A DNA stretch of 64,000 nucleotides, from the NCBI GenBank assembly GCA_010909165.1, contig MU008155.1, forward strand, positions 1,984,001 to 2,048,000, given 5' to 3'. Origin of the DNA: Anthoceros angustus (taxonomy: Eukaryota > Plantae > Anthocerotophyta). Position numbers and translations under genes: made by a program. Shown piece by piece: positions 12,260-25,517 of the stretch. The stretch's first letter is position 1, and the number at the start of each line of letters is the position of its first letter. Under the pieces are notes generated by a model. It searched no databases and had not been told where the DNA came from. It worked only from the letters and a program-made list of their open reading frames with translations.

Positions 12260-14080
12260 TTAACAACCTGGGCCTCCACGAGAGTCTGTGTTGTTGAAGG
12301 GGGGGTAATTAGGTACAGGCATCACCGGTAGTGCACCAGGTCGAGCACTTCCAATGCCAGACTGCGCCAGGCCTCGGAGAAGAGTCTGCACTTCCGGATT
12401 AAGCCCCATGTTTCCACCACTACTGACAGACTGCCCCCTCAAACTGGTCTCCTTCTCTCTCTCTCTTCCAAGAGCAGACAAGGATCCATCACTTGCTGAC
12501 GTCTGCATGCTGTTGCTAGGCCGAGGTGAGTACGTGGTTGACCACGACCGACCATTTGACCCAGCTAAGGCCATTATGGCATCCGCCTACAAGAAGGGTA
12601 GACCTCAGTTGAGATATATCTTTGAAACTGATAAGAGGGAGAACCAAACTTCACCTGAAAATGAACTGAACCCAACTCTCCTCACTCACCTTGTCAGGCG
12701 GCACATCATCAAAGACATGGGCTTGCCCACCATAGAAAATGGTTAGCTGTCTGCTGGCAGGAGCTGCAACTGCACGACTGCAAAACCCCAAGAGAACACA
12801 GTCAGGAATTGAGTGAAGAATATCCGACAGAAAAGCAACGTGATGACACCTCTTACCAGCTGCAGACTCATTTACCTTGAAGGTGGAAGGCTGTCAGAGC
12901 CAGTGCTTCTGGTAACTTTGGGCCTTCGAGTCTGACCATCTGCACCACAGGAAGGCCCAGTAGCAGGTACTCCAATTGTCCCATTTATAAGTGGGCCAAT
13001 ACCTGGACCTTGGAGTCCTGTCCTAGATCCTTCATCAGCTGCAGGCCTGGCCAAAACAGGTGTGACAGTATTGTGGAGCTCACGGGAAGCTCGGTCTGGA
13101 GCACCCAGCTGACTGAGACGAGGCACGGTGATGCCATTAGAGAAAGACTTGACCCGCTCCATTCCCCCCCGCTTTAAATTCCTGGGCGAAGACGTATCAG
13201 GTTTAGGGACAGAAGTCTGTAGCCAAGAAGGGCCACCTTTGGCAGACTGACGCGGGGGCTGCATCGAAAGTCGCAGATCATCTGAGGAAGGAGTGAAGTC
13301 CTTGTCTCCAATTCGAGATTGCTGACAAACAAACAAAGCACTGTCATCTCAGGCACGACAGCCATTTCCTCCTGCAGGTAATGGACAAGCATCAACCATG
13401 ACACCAAGAGAAAAGCAAGGCGAGGAGAAGGGTACGTGTGTGATCTATTTGACACTGTCGTAAGAGAGTCGTCCTTACTTTGGGAGGTCTGCCAGCTTCA
13501 AGCGCTTCCACACTCATTTGCAGCCGCTCTTGCAGTGACTCTCGGGTTGATCCTAGCTCACGCTTCTCAGCAGTGCGAGTATCAGTTTCGAGCCTGTAGA
13601 AAGCACTTGTGGTACCATGATTGAGGGTTCCACTTTTCATGCCACGTGACCAGCGGTCTCGATCTGTGAGAGAGAGACAATAAGAAAGCAAAGGACCTCT
13701 CGTTAGAGAAGTGGCAGCAGAAGCAATAAAAAAGCAAAAAGCAAACCTCGGAGCCAACAACAGTGACAGAGTTCAGCAGCTTGGTACACGATGGAAAGCC
13801 TACCTGATCCAGGGTCAGAAGAACTGGGCATGGCTATCCCTAAGGGGCCCCCAGATCCGGCTCCGGCTACATTTCCAGGTGAGGAGAAAGTGAGGGCTTG
13901 TCTGTGCGCAAGGCCAGCCTTAACATGGGCCTCGGCATGGTCGTCAAAACCAGCGTTGCCGTGAGAGGCTCCGACCACCTCAGACGAAACTGCAGTGACC
14001 TGCTTGATGTCATCTCTGTAGCCAATTCCCAAAAAATCCCGGAAAATGGGTTGATCTTTCTCAGCCATGACAAGGGTCAT
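12260..14080 (-). CDS. TIFY8: TIFY8-like protein (TIFY domain, no Jas motif seen), multi-exon; 3' end uncertain (possible last exon to ~11841)
   Basis: N-terminal PIFRDFLG. Exon ~12691-12778 encodes RQLTIFYGGQAHVFDDVPPDK and is followed by ADAIMALAGSNGRSWSTTYSP, diagnostic of TIFY8. Confidence 0.88.
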
Positions 14081-17031
14081 CGTTGCTGAGTGGAGCATGG
14101 GTAGTGAGTCATTCAGACGACGGTAGCAGGCATCCCATGGTGGAGCACACCTGCAGCAAGGTGCAGCCCAGGCTATTAGTAGAATCGAGATGCAAGCAAC
14201 AAGGAGAAGTTGGCAAACCACGACACGGCGAGTACAAATCCATCCAGAAACATGCCGTTGCACAGCAGCAGGATAGGTCAGCAGAGGGACAAGGTACTGC
14301 AGCCACGACAAGGGGGGACGCAGAAAGCAGGGTTTAAGCCAAAAGCCCTATTGCGAACAACCAAGAGGAGAAGCAGGGCCGGAGCCAAGGCACCGGCAGT
14401 CGCGCATCCCAGCGGCAAGCAAGGACACATTCCAGGAAGCAAGAAATGCGGTAAGATGGGGCCAGCAACAAGGAAGCAGGGAAGGCGGCAGAGCCGGCAT
14501 ACCTGGAAGCGCTACGCTCGGTGGGCGCAAATTGGTGGCAAGAAAATGCGATGAAGTCCGCTTCGCAGGTCCCCGTTCCCCCCAGGATTGCAGGCAGGCA
14601 GTTGGTGCCCAGAGCAAGCGGCGACTAGCAAAGGCACACAAACACGTCCTGTCCTGAAGCCAGCACCGGTACCACTAGCACCCGCACCTGCACTCGAAGC
14701 GGCGGAGAGCAAGCACGAAGGGTGATTGCAGCTGGGGCAGCAATTCCTCGCAGCTGAAGCTGCGGGGGCACGGGCGAGATCCTGGGCGAGGGCGGGCGCG
14801 GGGCAGCGGCAGGCCCAGCCGGATAATGCAAGCCCAGCCCAGCCCAGCCCGGTCCAGCCCAGCCCAGCCTCCCACAGGCTGGCGCAATCGAGCAAGGAGG
14901 TGGGTGCGGGCGGCGGGCCTGCGTACGCCCGCGGGTGGGGGCCGGCAGGAACCTCCCAAGGTAAACGCAGCAGCAGGGCAGAATCTGTGCAGGGGAGAAG
15001 GAAGGCGCGGGGAGCAGCAGGAGCGGCGGAGGCCCGCAGGCTGGCAGGAAGACGGAGGAAGGAGGTAGGAAGCAGGGCAAGGCCGGCGGCAGAGCCGCGC
15101 GGGCCGGGGCAGCCCGCGTCGCTCGCACACTGTTGCCGCGGCAGAGGCAGCGGCAGAGGCAGCGGCAGAGGCAGCGGGCCGGGTGGCAGCCGCAGCCGCA
15201 GCCGCGAGCCGGAGCAGCGCAGCCTGCTGCTCTCGCGCTTGCGCTTGCGCTGGCGGGGGAGACGCCGAGACGCTGAGACGCTGAGACGCTAGAGCGCGGA
15301 AGAAGGGAGGAATGAAGGTGAAGGCTCCCCCTTCCCTGGGACCCTGGGACCCTGGGAGAGAGAACGGAAGGGGGCGCCGGAAGAGCGCAGCAGCAGCAGG
15401 CCTTAGCCGCGGCCGAAACAGGTGAGGCCGTGAAGGCTTTCGGGAGGCAGCAGTAAGCGCGGGCGCCGGAGGCGGGTTGCGGGTTCCGGGTGCGCCCTTC
15501 CCTTGGGGACGGCAAGTCAACGCGAGAGATGCGTGAAGCCTCTCCACTGCTTCGCCTCTACCACTTCAAGTTCGTGGCACCGGGCAGGAGCCTGGGCCCT
15601 GGGCCCTGGGTCTCCCGGCCTTCCACATTTTTGCATTTGTTATATAACTTATGGGGCAACCCTAGTATCTAGTCCAGTCAGAGCAGCCCACTCGACTCCT
15701 CTCTCTCTCTGCTCTCTTCTCCTGCGCTGTATGTACATACTGTATCTGCATCCGACCCCGTGTATGGATGCATGTATGTATGATGGCACTAGAGAGAGCA
15801 TGCCCCGCATGCGGTCACCGTCGCCGCGACCGCGCGCTCCCCGGGGGGACACGGCCAGAAGCCAGAAGCCAGAAGCAGAAGAAGCATCGGATGCTTTCTT
15901 GCCTCCTCCCCGGACCCCCAGCGCGGCGTGCGCCTCTGGAACTGTAATTGGGATATATGTATATAATATCATGAGGCGTACGTGTGAACATAAATACTCC
16001 ATGTGTATATCTGTAGAGAGAGAGAGAGAGAGCGGGGTGGGGCCCGGCAGGGGACGCCTCTTTTTCTTTTGTCAGGGACATAAATGGCCTCCACGCAGGG
16101 TAGTACATATGTATGTACATACATATGTTCTCTCTATTTATTATTGGGAGACCGTCACCGACCGTCACCGGGGGTCGGGACGCCATGGCAAGTTGCGATG
16201 CCATGCCATGCCATGATGCGCCATGATTGGCCTTGGCCCTTGCCTTTGGCCTTTGGCCCCGCTGTGGCCAGCTGCAGCCCCGGCCCATGCAAGTTGACCT
16301 CGCTTCACCGGGTGCCAAGAAGGAGGCGTTGGAGAAGCACCCGCCCCTGGTGACCAGAGGGCTCTACTCCCGCGGTCAGGTTAACGGGCAACGCGACAAA
16401 ACAGCTGAGCTCAGCTGCCTGCAGGGGGCACCAATATACATATTGGTAATATGAAGGAAGCCCGCGTTGTGGGTTACGAACGGCTTGGGAACTTGCTCAT
16501 CAGGCGGTTTAGCGTTACATGGGTGTGCATGACGCGGGATGACGATAGCACCAAGTCAACAAACACGCGGCTCCCAGTGAGAAACCCGCAACACCAGTCG
16601 GACACAGACGCCGGTAAAAAAGGCGGGTAGGTGGTCCCGTGCTTTGTGACGTGCCCTGTTAGGTCAAATGGAGGAGCTTCATCTCACGTCCGCAAGACGC
16701 AAACACCACCACCTTTTCCACCGATTTCGACGGCATCTCATCCAACGAATCGCCCTTGGCCCAAGCCCGGGCCCGGGCCCGGGCCCGGGCCCCTGTCAAC
16801 ACCGTGTTGTTGGGAGCAACTCATATTTATTCCATGCGCTTGTCGCCGCGACATGCGAGCGGGCGTGGTACGCTGTTGGAGTCCAGTGCGGAATCTCAAC
16901 GCGAAAGCAACGAATTTCCAGCCGGCTGCATGCTCGGGACATGGATCCTTTACATTACCCGCACTTTCCTCGACCCTTCCACCCGTCTCTCGCTAGCCGG
17001 CGGGGACAGCACCCTCCTGCGCTTTCTGCGC

Positions 17032-20000
17032 CTAGGCGCCGGCCCCGAGGCGGATCCGGACTCGGAGGTGCCCGAACTGGCCCGCTCCCGGAGACGAGCC
17101 CTCGAAGATGTAGGGGAGATGGCCTGTCGCGTCCCTGTACCTCTGCTGGATCTGTCCAGGAGACGGCTGCGTGAGGGAAGGAAGGAAGGAAGGAAGGAAG
17201 GGAGGAAGGGAGGAAGGGAGGAAGGGAGGAAGGGAAGGAAGGGAAGGAACGGAAGGAACGGAAGGAAGGGAAGGAAGAAAACCGGTGTCTATGTACATCA
17301 CCTCCAGGATGTCGTCGGTGGCCTGTACGCCGGCACGTGTGAGCACGCAGACGGTGCCCCCGGAGCCGCCCCCCGTGATCTTGCCGCCGAACACCGACCC
17401 CTGCCGCTGCTGCTGCATCTGCTTCACCAAGCCCACGATGCGGTCTGTGCCGTGGGAGCCCAGGCCGCAGTGGGAGTAGCTGTAGTGCGACTGGTACATG
17501 AGCTCGCCCAGCGTCGTGAACTGGGCGTCGCTTGTGGCGCAGGTCAGGAGCACTGAGAAAGCCTGCACATGGCAGCCCCACATGTGACCGCAGGCTTCAC
17601 GAGTGATTGTCAAAAGCCAAATGCAAAGGCGAGCCGAGCCGAGGCAAGGCAAGGCAAGGCAAGGCAAGGCAAGGCAAGGCAAGGCGACTTTGTGTCAGAC
17701 ACACACACGCACTCCATGGAACACCTCCACCAGCGCTTACCCACCTGCACACGGAAATGCTCGTAGATCGGATGTGATGTCGGGCCCTTCACGGCGTACA
17801 AGTGCTTGGCATCGATGCTGGTCACCGGGTCGTTGTGGCTGCCATACGCGTCCAGGAAGCTTCTGCCCACGATGTCCTCGGGCAGCAGCCGTGAGTAGAA
17901 GGAATCGTACCTGGAGACAATGACACCCGCCACTGTCTTAGGAGCGGAGGCCCGGATCTGGCAGGTGAGGAAGTCATGCACTCATGCCGTCTCACCTGTG
18001 TGGCCGTAGGTTGCATAGATACTCCAGCTGGGATTCGGATGCCAACAGCTGCTGCTCCGGGTCCTCCTCCTCGTCGTTGCTCACGATCAGCTTGGAGGCT
18101 GGCTCCGAGTGTTTCGCAGCAGCGACCTGGATCATTTTCCGTCCCATGAATGCTCCGATTCTTACAGACCCGTAGTCTGCTCCCCCAACACTGCGGATGC
18201 ATGCCACACAACTCACGCGCTGCATTTTGGGACTCCACTACGCTTGCTTCAACAGACCAAAACTACACAAACCTGTGGCGGATGCCCGAGTCGATTCCCC
18301 AGAATCTCACATGGGATGGGATGTTCACATGCTCCTTCACCTCTGCTGGCTGCCGCACCACGGCTGCAGGTCAGCTCACGCAATCTGCGGAGGACGCCTA
18401 TGCATGTGTAACTGACCAAACATTTGTACCCACCTGACAGACCATTGCCAGAAGCTTGTTGGCCTCACCACATGCAGAGGCCATCTGGTCCATGATCCCA
18501 CAAGGAGCTCCCACCACCAAGTTCTCCACCTGAAGCATTTTGCCACCAACTCACACCTCCCTCTCTCCATGTGTGTACAGCAATGGAACCTCTCACAACG
18601 GCCAAGAAGCAATTATGACCAATGGTGCTCAGCATCTTGGCTTCAGTTGCACTCGTACCTTTTGGCAAAGTATGGCCAAATCCCTGGGAGCAATATGTAC
18701 ACCTGAAACAAAGAATTGTGATTCACCAAAACCTTTTAGCGTTCACGGAAGGGTCAGTCGGATCTTTCCTGTGTTCAGCTGAGCGCACAAACAAACCGGG
18801 CTCCTACCAGCTGCTGCAGCAATGGCAGACATGGTTGCGACTTCTAAAGCAGCTGAGGAAGACACGCCTTTTCCCTCAGGTACAGCTGAGGACACCTGTT
18901 CCATCACCCCACTTGTCAGCTTCCTCAAGGTTCAGAGGTGATCCTCATTGTTGGCCAAAAAATGGAACTTACAAGTAAGCTGATGCCCTGCTCAAAATGC
19001 ACGTTCAGCTCTCGCATCAATACCAGGATCGTTCCTGCAACATATGCTGCCCATCTGCACAGCAGAACGAACTTTGAAATCGCTAAAGACGTTCATGGAA
19101 TGGTCTCGTCACACAGCCAAGTTCCTACGTACTACGGCAAGCCAGAATCTTGACATCTGAATCTAGTGTCATCTCCATGACCACATCGACGACGTTCCAC
19201 TCATATGTTAAGCTTAACACAGTAGCAAACCCAACACAAAGGTGTATGTAATCGCCTTTGAGATGCATCTTGTTGGAAAAAACGGCGAGCAGCTTCATAA
19301 GTTATTGGCTTTCCTTCTGGATCTCGGAAGTCAGCTAGGTCCATGTCAAAGACAGGGGACCTATTACTCAACTCTGAGCCAAACGACACCTGTGGCAGGC
19401 ACAAGATGGGGATGAGCATGACCGCATGTGCAAGCATTGCCCAAGAAGTGCAGACACCTTGGTGTAAACTAGTGAGCCTTCCAAATCTGTCATATATGTT
19501 GTTTCTTGCAGGTATGCTGTTCATGACCATATCCCAGCACAAGGACAGTAAAAATTTGCACCGGAACATACAATTTGTATGGCAGGCTCTAAGGCCCCCC
19601 TCCTTGCCATTTGTCGTGCCTGTGTGTGCTTCCAAAGGAGTTGTTTGTTTGCAGAGTTGAACTGCACGGCTACATGGCAAGCTTCACGTGTAGGCATCTG
19701 TACAAGCCCAACTTCATGTTTTAAGGTGCCAATGAGAGATAACCAGCGCTCTCAAATTCAAGGCAAAAGCAAGGAGCCTTGAATACCTGCAGTACAAGAC
19801 TTCCAGAGTAATCTGCGATACCTCCCATTACATCCAAACGCCCAGGGGCCCTGGCAACGTACAAATCATCCTAGAAATGAAGACGACAAGACAACCATTA
19901 GCTGCTATTGCTACATCAGGAGATTTTTTGAAATGCAAACTTGGGAAAACTCACCGCCCATCTGAAAAGCCTGGCTGCAGCTAACCGATCGTTAAGGTGA

Positions 20001-23000
20001 GGTTGATCTAAGCTATCCGTAGCATGGGCATCCGCTTCCTCGTTCAAGCTTTTAAGGGTCTTCAGGAATGCAACCGTATCTGGCAAGCCCTTGTAGTCTC
20101 CATAAATAATTTGAATGTCGGCTAAATCGCTGCAGAGAACAAAACTTGATTAGCATTGACCCACTTTAACATGGGCAAATTCAGATGCCACAGACGCGCT
20201 ACAAAACTCAAGAACTGACATGTTTTCAGCAGACAGCTTGTCGCTCTCGATCCCAGAATGAGGAGGTGATGAGAGGAGGCTCCGTTGACTTTCTGTGTAC
20301 GTGTACCAGTCTGGAACATCAAGATCTCTCCCTGGGGCTCGTTGCATTTGATATCCCAGGACAATAGCATCTCTAAGCCTCCTTGCTCCATGGAACTGCA
20401 CTCAGAAAGGAAACATCATTCTCCACTGACTACTTGGACGATTGTAAGCCGATTGAGTGGACAAGATATAGACCTCTTGTGGAATCTTCACTTTTCCACT
20501 TGCAGCATCCTGTAGAATTCTTGCAGCAACCTACAGGAAGATTGATCTTCATATGCGCTTCTGCCATACTATGTGAGCTACTAAACAGCATCCAATGCAT
20601 CACTCTACTCAGGCTCACCTCACCACCATTTAAGGGGGCTGTATAACATGGTTTGAGAGCAGTGGCCTGTAAGATATATGGACCCCATCGCCCACTGAAA
20701 AAATCTCGTCGATTCATCTCAACACCAGATTGGTAAAACTGTCCGAAGGAGCAGATTAGCAACAAAAACACTTCATCGTTCTTTACCCTCAACAGGATGG
20801 AGGAAGGGGATGTTCTCACTCACTTCAAGCATTTTCCTCAGGAACGGTTCCTCGTTAAAGTAGTCACGCCTAACGAAGACAAATGGCACTTTGTAGGCCA
20901 GTGCTTCACTAACAGTTCCGTATCCAATCTTCCCTGCATTATATGCCCTGCCTCCATGAGGTCCGTGCATGTGAAAGCAGGACCCATGAAAGACAATACA
21001 TTCACACACTCACCCAACATACAATCACTTGCAGCTACCAGATCTGGTAGGTATGCGTCCTTATCTAGCTGAACGTAGCTGGTACCAGCCTGCTGAGCTA
21101 GTGTGAAAGCACAAACCTTTGCACCTGACATGTCAGCTGAGTGTGCAAGAGGCAAAATAACATTCGCTACAAAGACACACCACTTAGACGCTGAGGTATT
21201 TCTATGTTAAGGCTGACTAGTGACTTCTAGCAAAAACATCTCCTCAGTTCTAAAGTTCTTGCGCTGCTCACCAAGCATTTCCATCCAGGAGGCAGATATT
21301 CATCTTTTAAAGTCCAGCTTGCATCCTGAATGCACTAGCTCAATTTCAGGTCACGATACTTCATCTGAAACAGCCCAGAGCCTAGGTTTTGAAGCAACCT
21401 ACACAGATTTGAAAGACTGCTGACTACAAGGTGAAGATGAGAACCTGGCCACCAAAATTGAACAGCAAAAGCTTTTCATTGTCAGCGATTCCGAGCTCCT
21501 TCCTAACCTGGGAACATGATCTCAGATACGATTTAGTTTTATGTAAAGCCAGCTCGTTTCAGATCTCGTTTTGGAGTTTTCGAATAGTTCTACCCTGTTG
21601 AAGCAACAAGGCAATTCAATACAAACCTGCTCCCTGCTTTTGCGGATTTGTCGGACGACAAGTGGCACATCCATCACCTTACTGAATACTGGCACTGCAT
21701 AAAAACATCCAAAGGCAACTTTGAAGTGCAAGCCTAATGAAAAAAGCTGCTGCTGGGTAGATCTCATCGGATAGATGACAACAAAAAGTCAGATGAACAG
21801 AATGTGTACTTGTCATAGGACTACAAACTGACGAAAAAAAATGCAAGGACGCCTTCAATGTTTACTCCGGAAATATCCTGATCTACTAGAGCAAATGGTG
21901 AATGTCTATGCCATAGGAATGAAAATGATGGGATTTGTGCTCACTTGGACAATATCCAGGCAGTCTGATCAAGAACTTGGCGTGAGAGTAGTCTTCAGCA
22001 ATCTATGACCATCAGACTCTGTGTCAGCTCACATGGTAGACCATCAGTTCCAAAGTGTACTTCCCAGTGACCTAACCTGCCAAACTATTGAGCGATGAAG
22101 GTGTCCGGCAACTGGCACATATTCCGAGTAAATGAAATCCCAACTGTGGATCACCAAAAATACAGTTGGAAAGTCAAGGCTCCACAAGGCATTAAGGGTG
22201 TACTGATTAACCAAGCAACCAGACCTGCATACCTGAAGTTACTAACACAAACACATGTAATCTGCGCAATGGACGCAGCTTTGCAGGCAATTGGCACTAT
22301 ATCGGACACCTAAATGTTCCAGGTTAACGTAAGTCAGGAAGCTGCGCACCGAATAATTAAGCAAAACAATATCTTGACAACAAACCAGGAGTTGAGGAAA
22401 CTTGCCACAACATCAGCTTTGATAGACTGAAGCCACTTCACTTCTTTATCCAGCAATAAGGAGCGAGGAAGAACAGCTACCCGCGAATACTGTGAAACAA
22501 CTATATTTTCGTCACAATATTCATTAAAGACACAATGTGAAAATACCGACGGTATAGGTGTTCCGCATGCTTAGCAGACATTGAACAAGGCGGATACTAG
22601 CAAGTGAAAAACCAGCTGTCGCAGACAACTGAGGACAGCATCGTCCAGACAGAAAACAATAGCTCCTGGTTACAAAGAGACTGTTTATCACCTCTTCAAG
22701 GGATGCTATGCAGTCAACCGTAAGGGCATCTGACTGAACTGCGCCCGAATCCAACAACACCTGATGTAATGAGCTCGTGAAAACTTGTTCTGCAACCTCG
22801 GGAACATTCAACACAGATGAAGCTTTTCCAACACATGGGAGCTGTCCATCTACCTTTCGGAGATGGAGTCTGGGAGACTGAATCTCCTTCAAAAATACGA
22901 ACTCTGGAGCTGCTGTGACAATGTGCACCTCGTGGCCGAAATGTATCAAATGACTTGCGACCTGTGAGAAGACAAGGGGGATCAACCCTTCAGCAGCTCA

Positions 23001-23181
23001 CCAACCAGTATGCTTCATGTACGATCTTCCTATTCCGAAAGGTTAGGCAACACCATCACAGGCACAAATTCAGACTTGCCTCCACAACGCGAGTGGCATG
23101 GCCGAGGCCATGTCCCGTGACGTAGTAGGCGAAAGCGAGCGGCCTCGTGGGCGCCAGAGAAGGATCCTCAGGATTCTCCAT
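17032..23181 (-). CDS. ARA1: L-arabinokinase (glycosyltransferase-like N-terminus + GHMP kinase), many exons
   Basis: Start [34 protein letters not shown]. Internal motifs [70 protein letters not shown] and [16 protein letters not shown]-terminal [18 protein letters not shown]. Confidence 0.95.
17175..17281. repeat. Intronic (GGAA)n-type microsatellite
   Basis: Purine-rich ggaa/ggga array inside the last ARA1 intron. Confidence 0.9.
17641..17685. repeat. Intronic (GGCAA)n pentanucleotide microsatellite
   Basis: About 8 tandem ggcaa units. Confidence 0.9.
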
Positions 23182-24325
23182 TGCGAACAAGAAGAAGTCA
23201 GACACTTGAATGCTCCGATGAGAAGTTTCCTCCCCTGAGTTATCTGTCCAAATCTGTTCATTTGGAACTCCACAATGTCACCATTGCATGGAGAGTGGAC
23301 GAGCTTCAATCCAGGAGCCAAGTTGCAATTTTGGTATAAACTGCGGTGACATCCTTGCATCCTTCTGGAAGGAGGAGATTCTCCCGCCCATGCAAAGGAA
23401 AGTCGCGACTTTTGAGGCGTAGCACGGATTTATAGTTACGACAAAAGTGAAGTCACGGAATCGGCGCGAACTCCAACATCGAGATCGCTACGCCAGTCCT
23501 GTCTCTTGCGCCACTGTGATGCCATGTGGGCGGCGTGTACAGCCAACGCCTCAAGCAAGAGCACCGGAAGGTCACGAGATGTTCACTTGTGTTACCAAAT
23601 ACATATGACAGAATCAGACATCTTGCAATTACCCGTGTGGAAAGGGAAGAAAGATCCTCCAGCAGTCATTTCGCAACAAAGCTGCATGGACTCTTTTTTC
23701 TTCAGTCCTCCGACCTCTATCCTGTGAGCTGCGTGTTCGACCCATGTCTACCAAAAGTTTAGACCACTTGTACACTAGACCGTACAGTCCCGTCTAAAGA
23801 CTGGTACCACCGACGACCAGTAACATTCTAAACCAGAAGATCTCACTTCGAGTCCTTGGGTCTCAGTCAGAGAGTCCATGGACAAGTAGCGTACACAAAG
23901 AGAGCTGGACTTGGGACACGAACAGCTCATTCCCAAATGTCAGAAATAGATGAACATGGGATCTGCCGCCAGCAATAGCTGGCTACCTTGGAACTTAAGC
24001 TACAACAACATGACTACATCAGTACTCACGGCTACGCATGTACCCACAAAAATGTGCGCAGGTTGTCACCTGTCCCAGATTGAGGGAAGCCCACCAGAAT
24101 TTCTTGCTCATGACAAAAAAGCATACCTCGAAGGAGATCGGCAAACCATATGGGCACCTCTCCCAAAGGCATGGTGAGTCCTAAACGACAGCCGCCATGT
24201 CACATTTTGATTGATAAGGGACATGTGTGATATCCACAGCCTCGGAGGCTTCACACAGCTGATCCATCAGGTTGCTGACTACATTTTGGTACAGTTTGTT
24301 GGAGAAACAGATGATGAATGACTGG

Positions 24326-25517
24326 CTAGAATATATTGATCCCAAACACCTCACCCAGAAGAATGACCAGTCCCAGCCCAATAGCCACCATAGAAGACGC
24401 CTCAGTGAGACGGCGGGTGATCCAGGGTATCCTCTTTCGCAAGGCTTCACTACAGGAGCCAATGAACGCACTGTAGCTGCCCATGGCCACCACGGTTCCC
24501 AGCAAAAACATGCTCAGAAACGCTGCTCCTGACAACCTGGAAGGCAATGCCAGAGCTGGAAGGATGACCAGCAACGCATCCGGCTGCAGTCCATACACAA
24601 TCCCAGTCCCAAAAGTAGTAAACCCAACAGACTTCTTCCCATCGTCAGGAGCGGAATTATCCAACCCCCCGCCCTCCACGTCACCCGCACCCACAGTAGA
24701 CAAGGCGGGTATCTCCTGCGCCTCCTTCAGGCCCATGGCACCGATAACCATGAGAGTCACCCCGACCACCCGCGCCGACCACGTCCGGATCAGCTCAATA
24801 TGCAATCTATCCTTGAGCATAAGAAACACAAGCCCGAAAATGATCTGCCCCGCATCATGCCCGCACCCCCAGAGAGCCCCCACCCAGCGCACTGAATCGG
24901 CGAGCGGCCGATGCAGAGCCAGCGCGGCCAGATGGTCCGGCCCGTGAGAGTGTGCAGGCAGCCGGCCACCAGCCCCGTCCACGCGCTGGCCAAAACCTCT
25001 ACCCTGGAACAGCCCGCTGAGTCCCCGCCCACGCTCCCGGAGGCGGCCAACGACGCATCCCCGGCAACCTCCGCCCACGCCGTCTGGCCGCGGATAAAAA
25101 TCCCCGCTCCCAGCACCAGCAGCGGCAGCACCGCCTCACCACCCCGAGCACCACAGGCTTCACCCTCGCACTTTCCTGCACATTTTCCTCCGCACTCGGG
25201 GACGAGCAATCCCCCGACGCCCGCACAGCACTTCCCCGCGCCCTCCCGCCTCCATCGAAATTCAGCAGCCCGCGGCACGCCGGGAGAGCCCGCAATTTGA
25301 CGCTGCTCTCCACCCGGAACCCGCCCGCGCCATAAACCCTCAACCCCGCCTCATTTTTCCTGCGGACCAGAGAGGAAACGGGAGGCGAAGAATGCGGGAC
25401 CGAGAGTCGGTGGATACTGCTTCTCCGGCCGAGGCCGAGCCCCTGGAATGCGCCCGCGGAAGTGGCGGCCATGAAACCCGAGCTGGAGGTCCCGGTCACA
25501 GTGCCTGCGCCTGCCAT
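24326..25517 (-). CDS. Chloroplast protein FOR GROWTH AND FERTILITY (CGF)/NiCoT-UreH-like membrane protein, with apparent frameshifts
   Basis: Transit-peptide-like N-terminus, then AWTGLVAGCLHTL, GPDHLAALA, ALWGCGHDAGQ and GIVYGLQPDALLVILPALALPSR, spread over three overlapping frames. Confidence 0.85.

Noticed and set aside
14300-16800. Many long overlapping ORFs (e.g. 14625-15515, 15503-16216)
   Set aside because: GC-rich, low-complexity UTR/promoter DNA between TIFY8 and ARA1 with few stop codons and no recognisable motifs.
10044-23181. AG-peptide and L-arabinokinase as an arabinose gene cluster
   Set aside because: Only two genes, separated by TIFY8, with no evidence of co-regulation. 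Likely coincidence.
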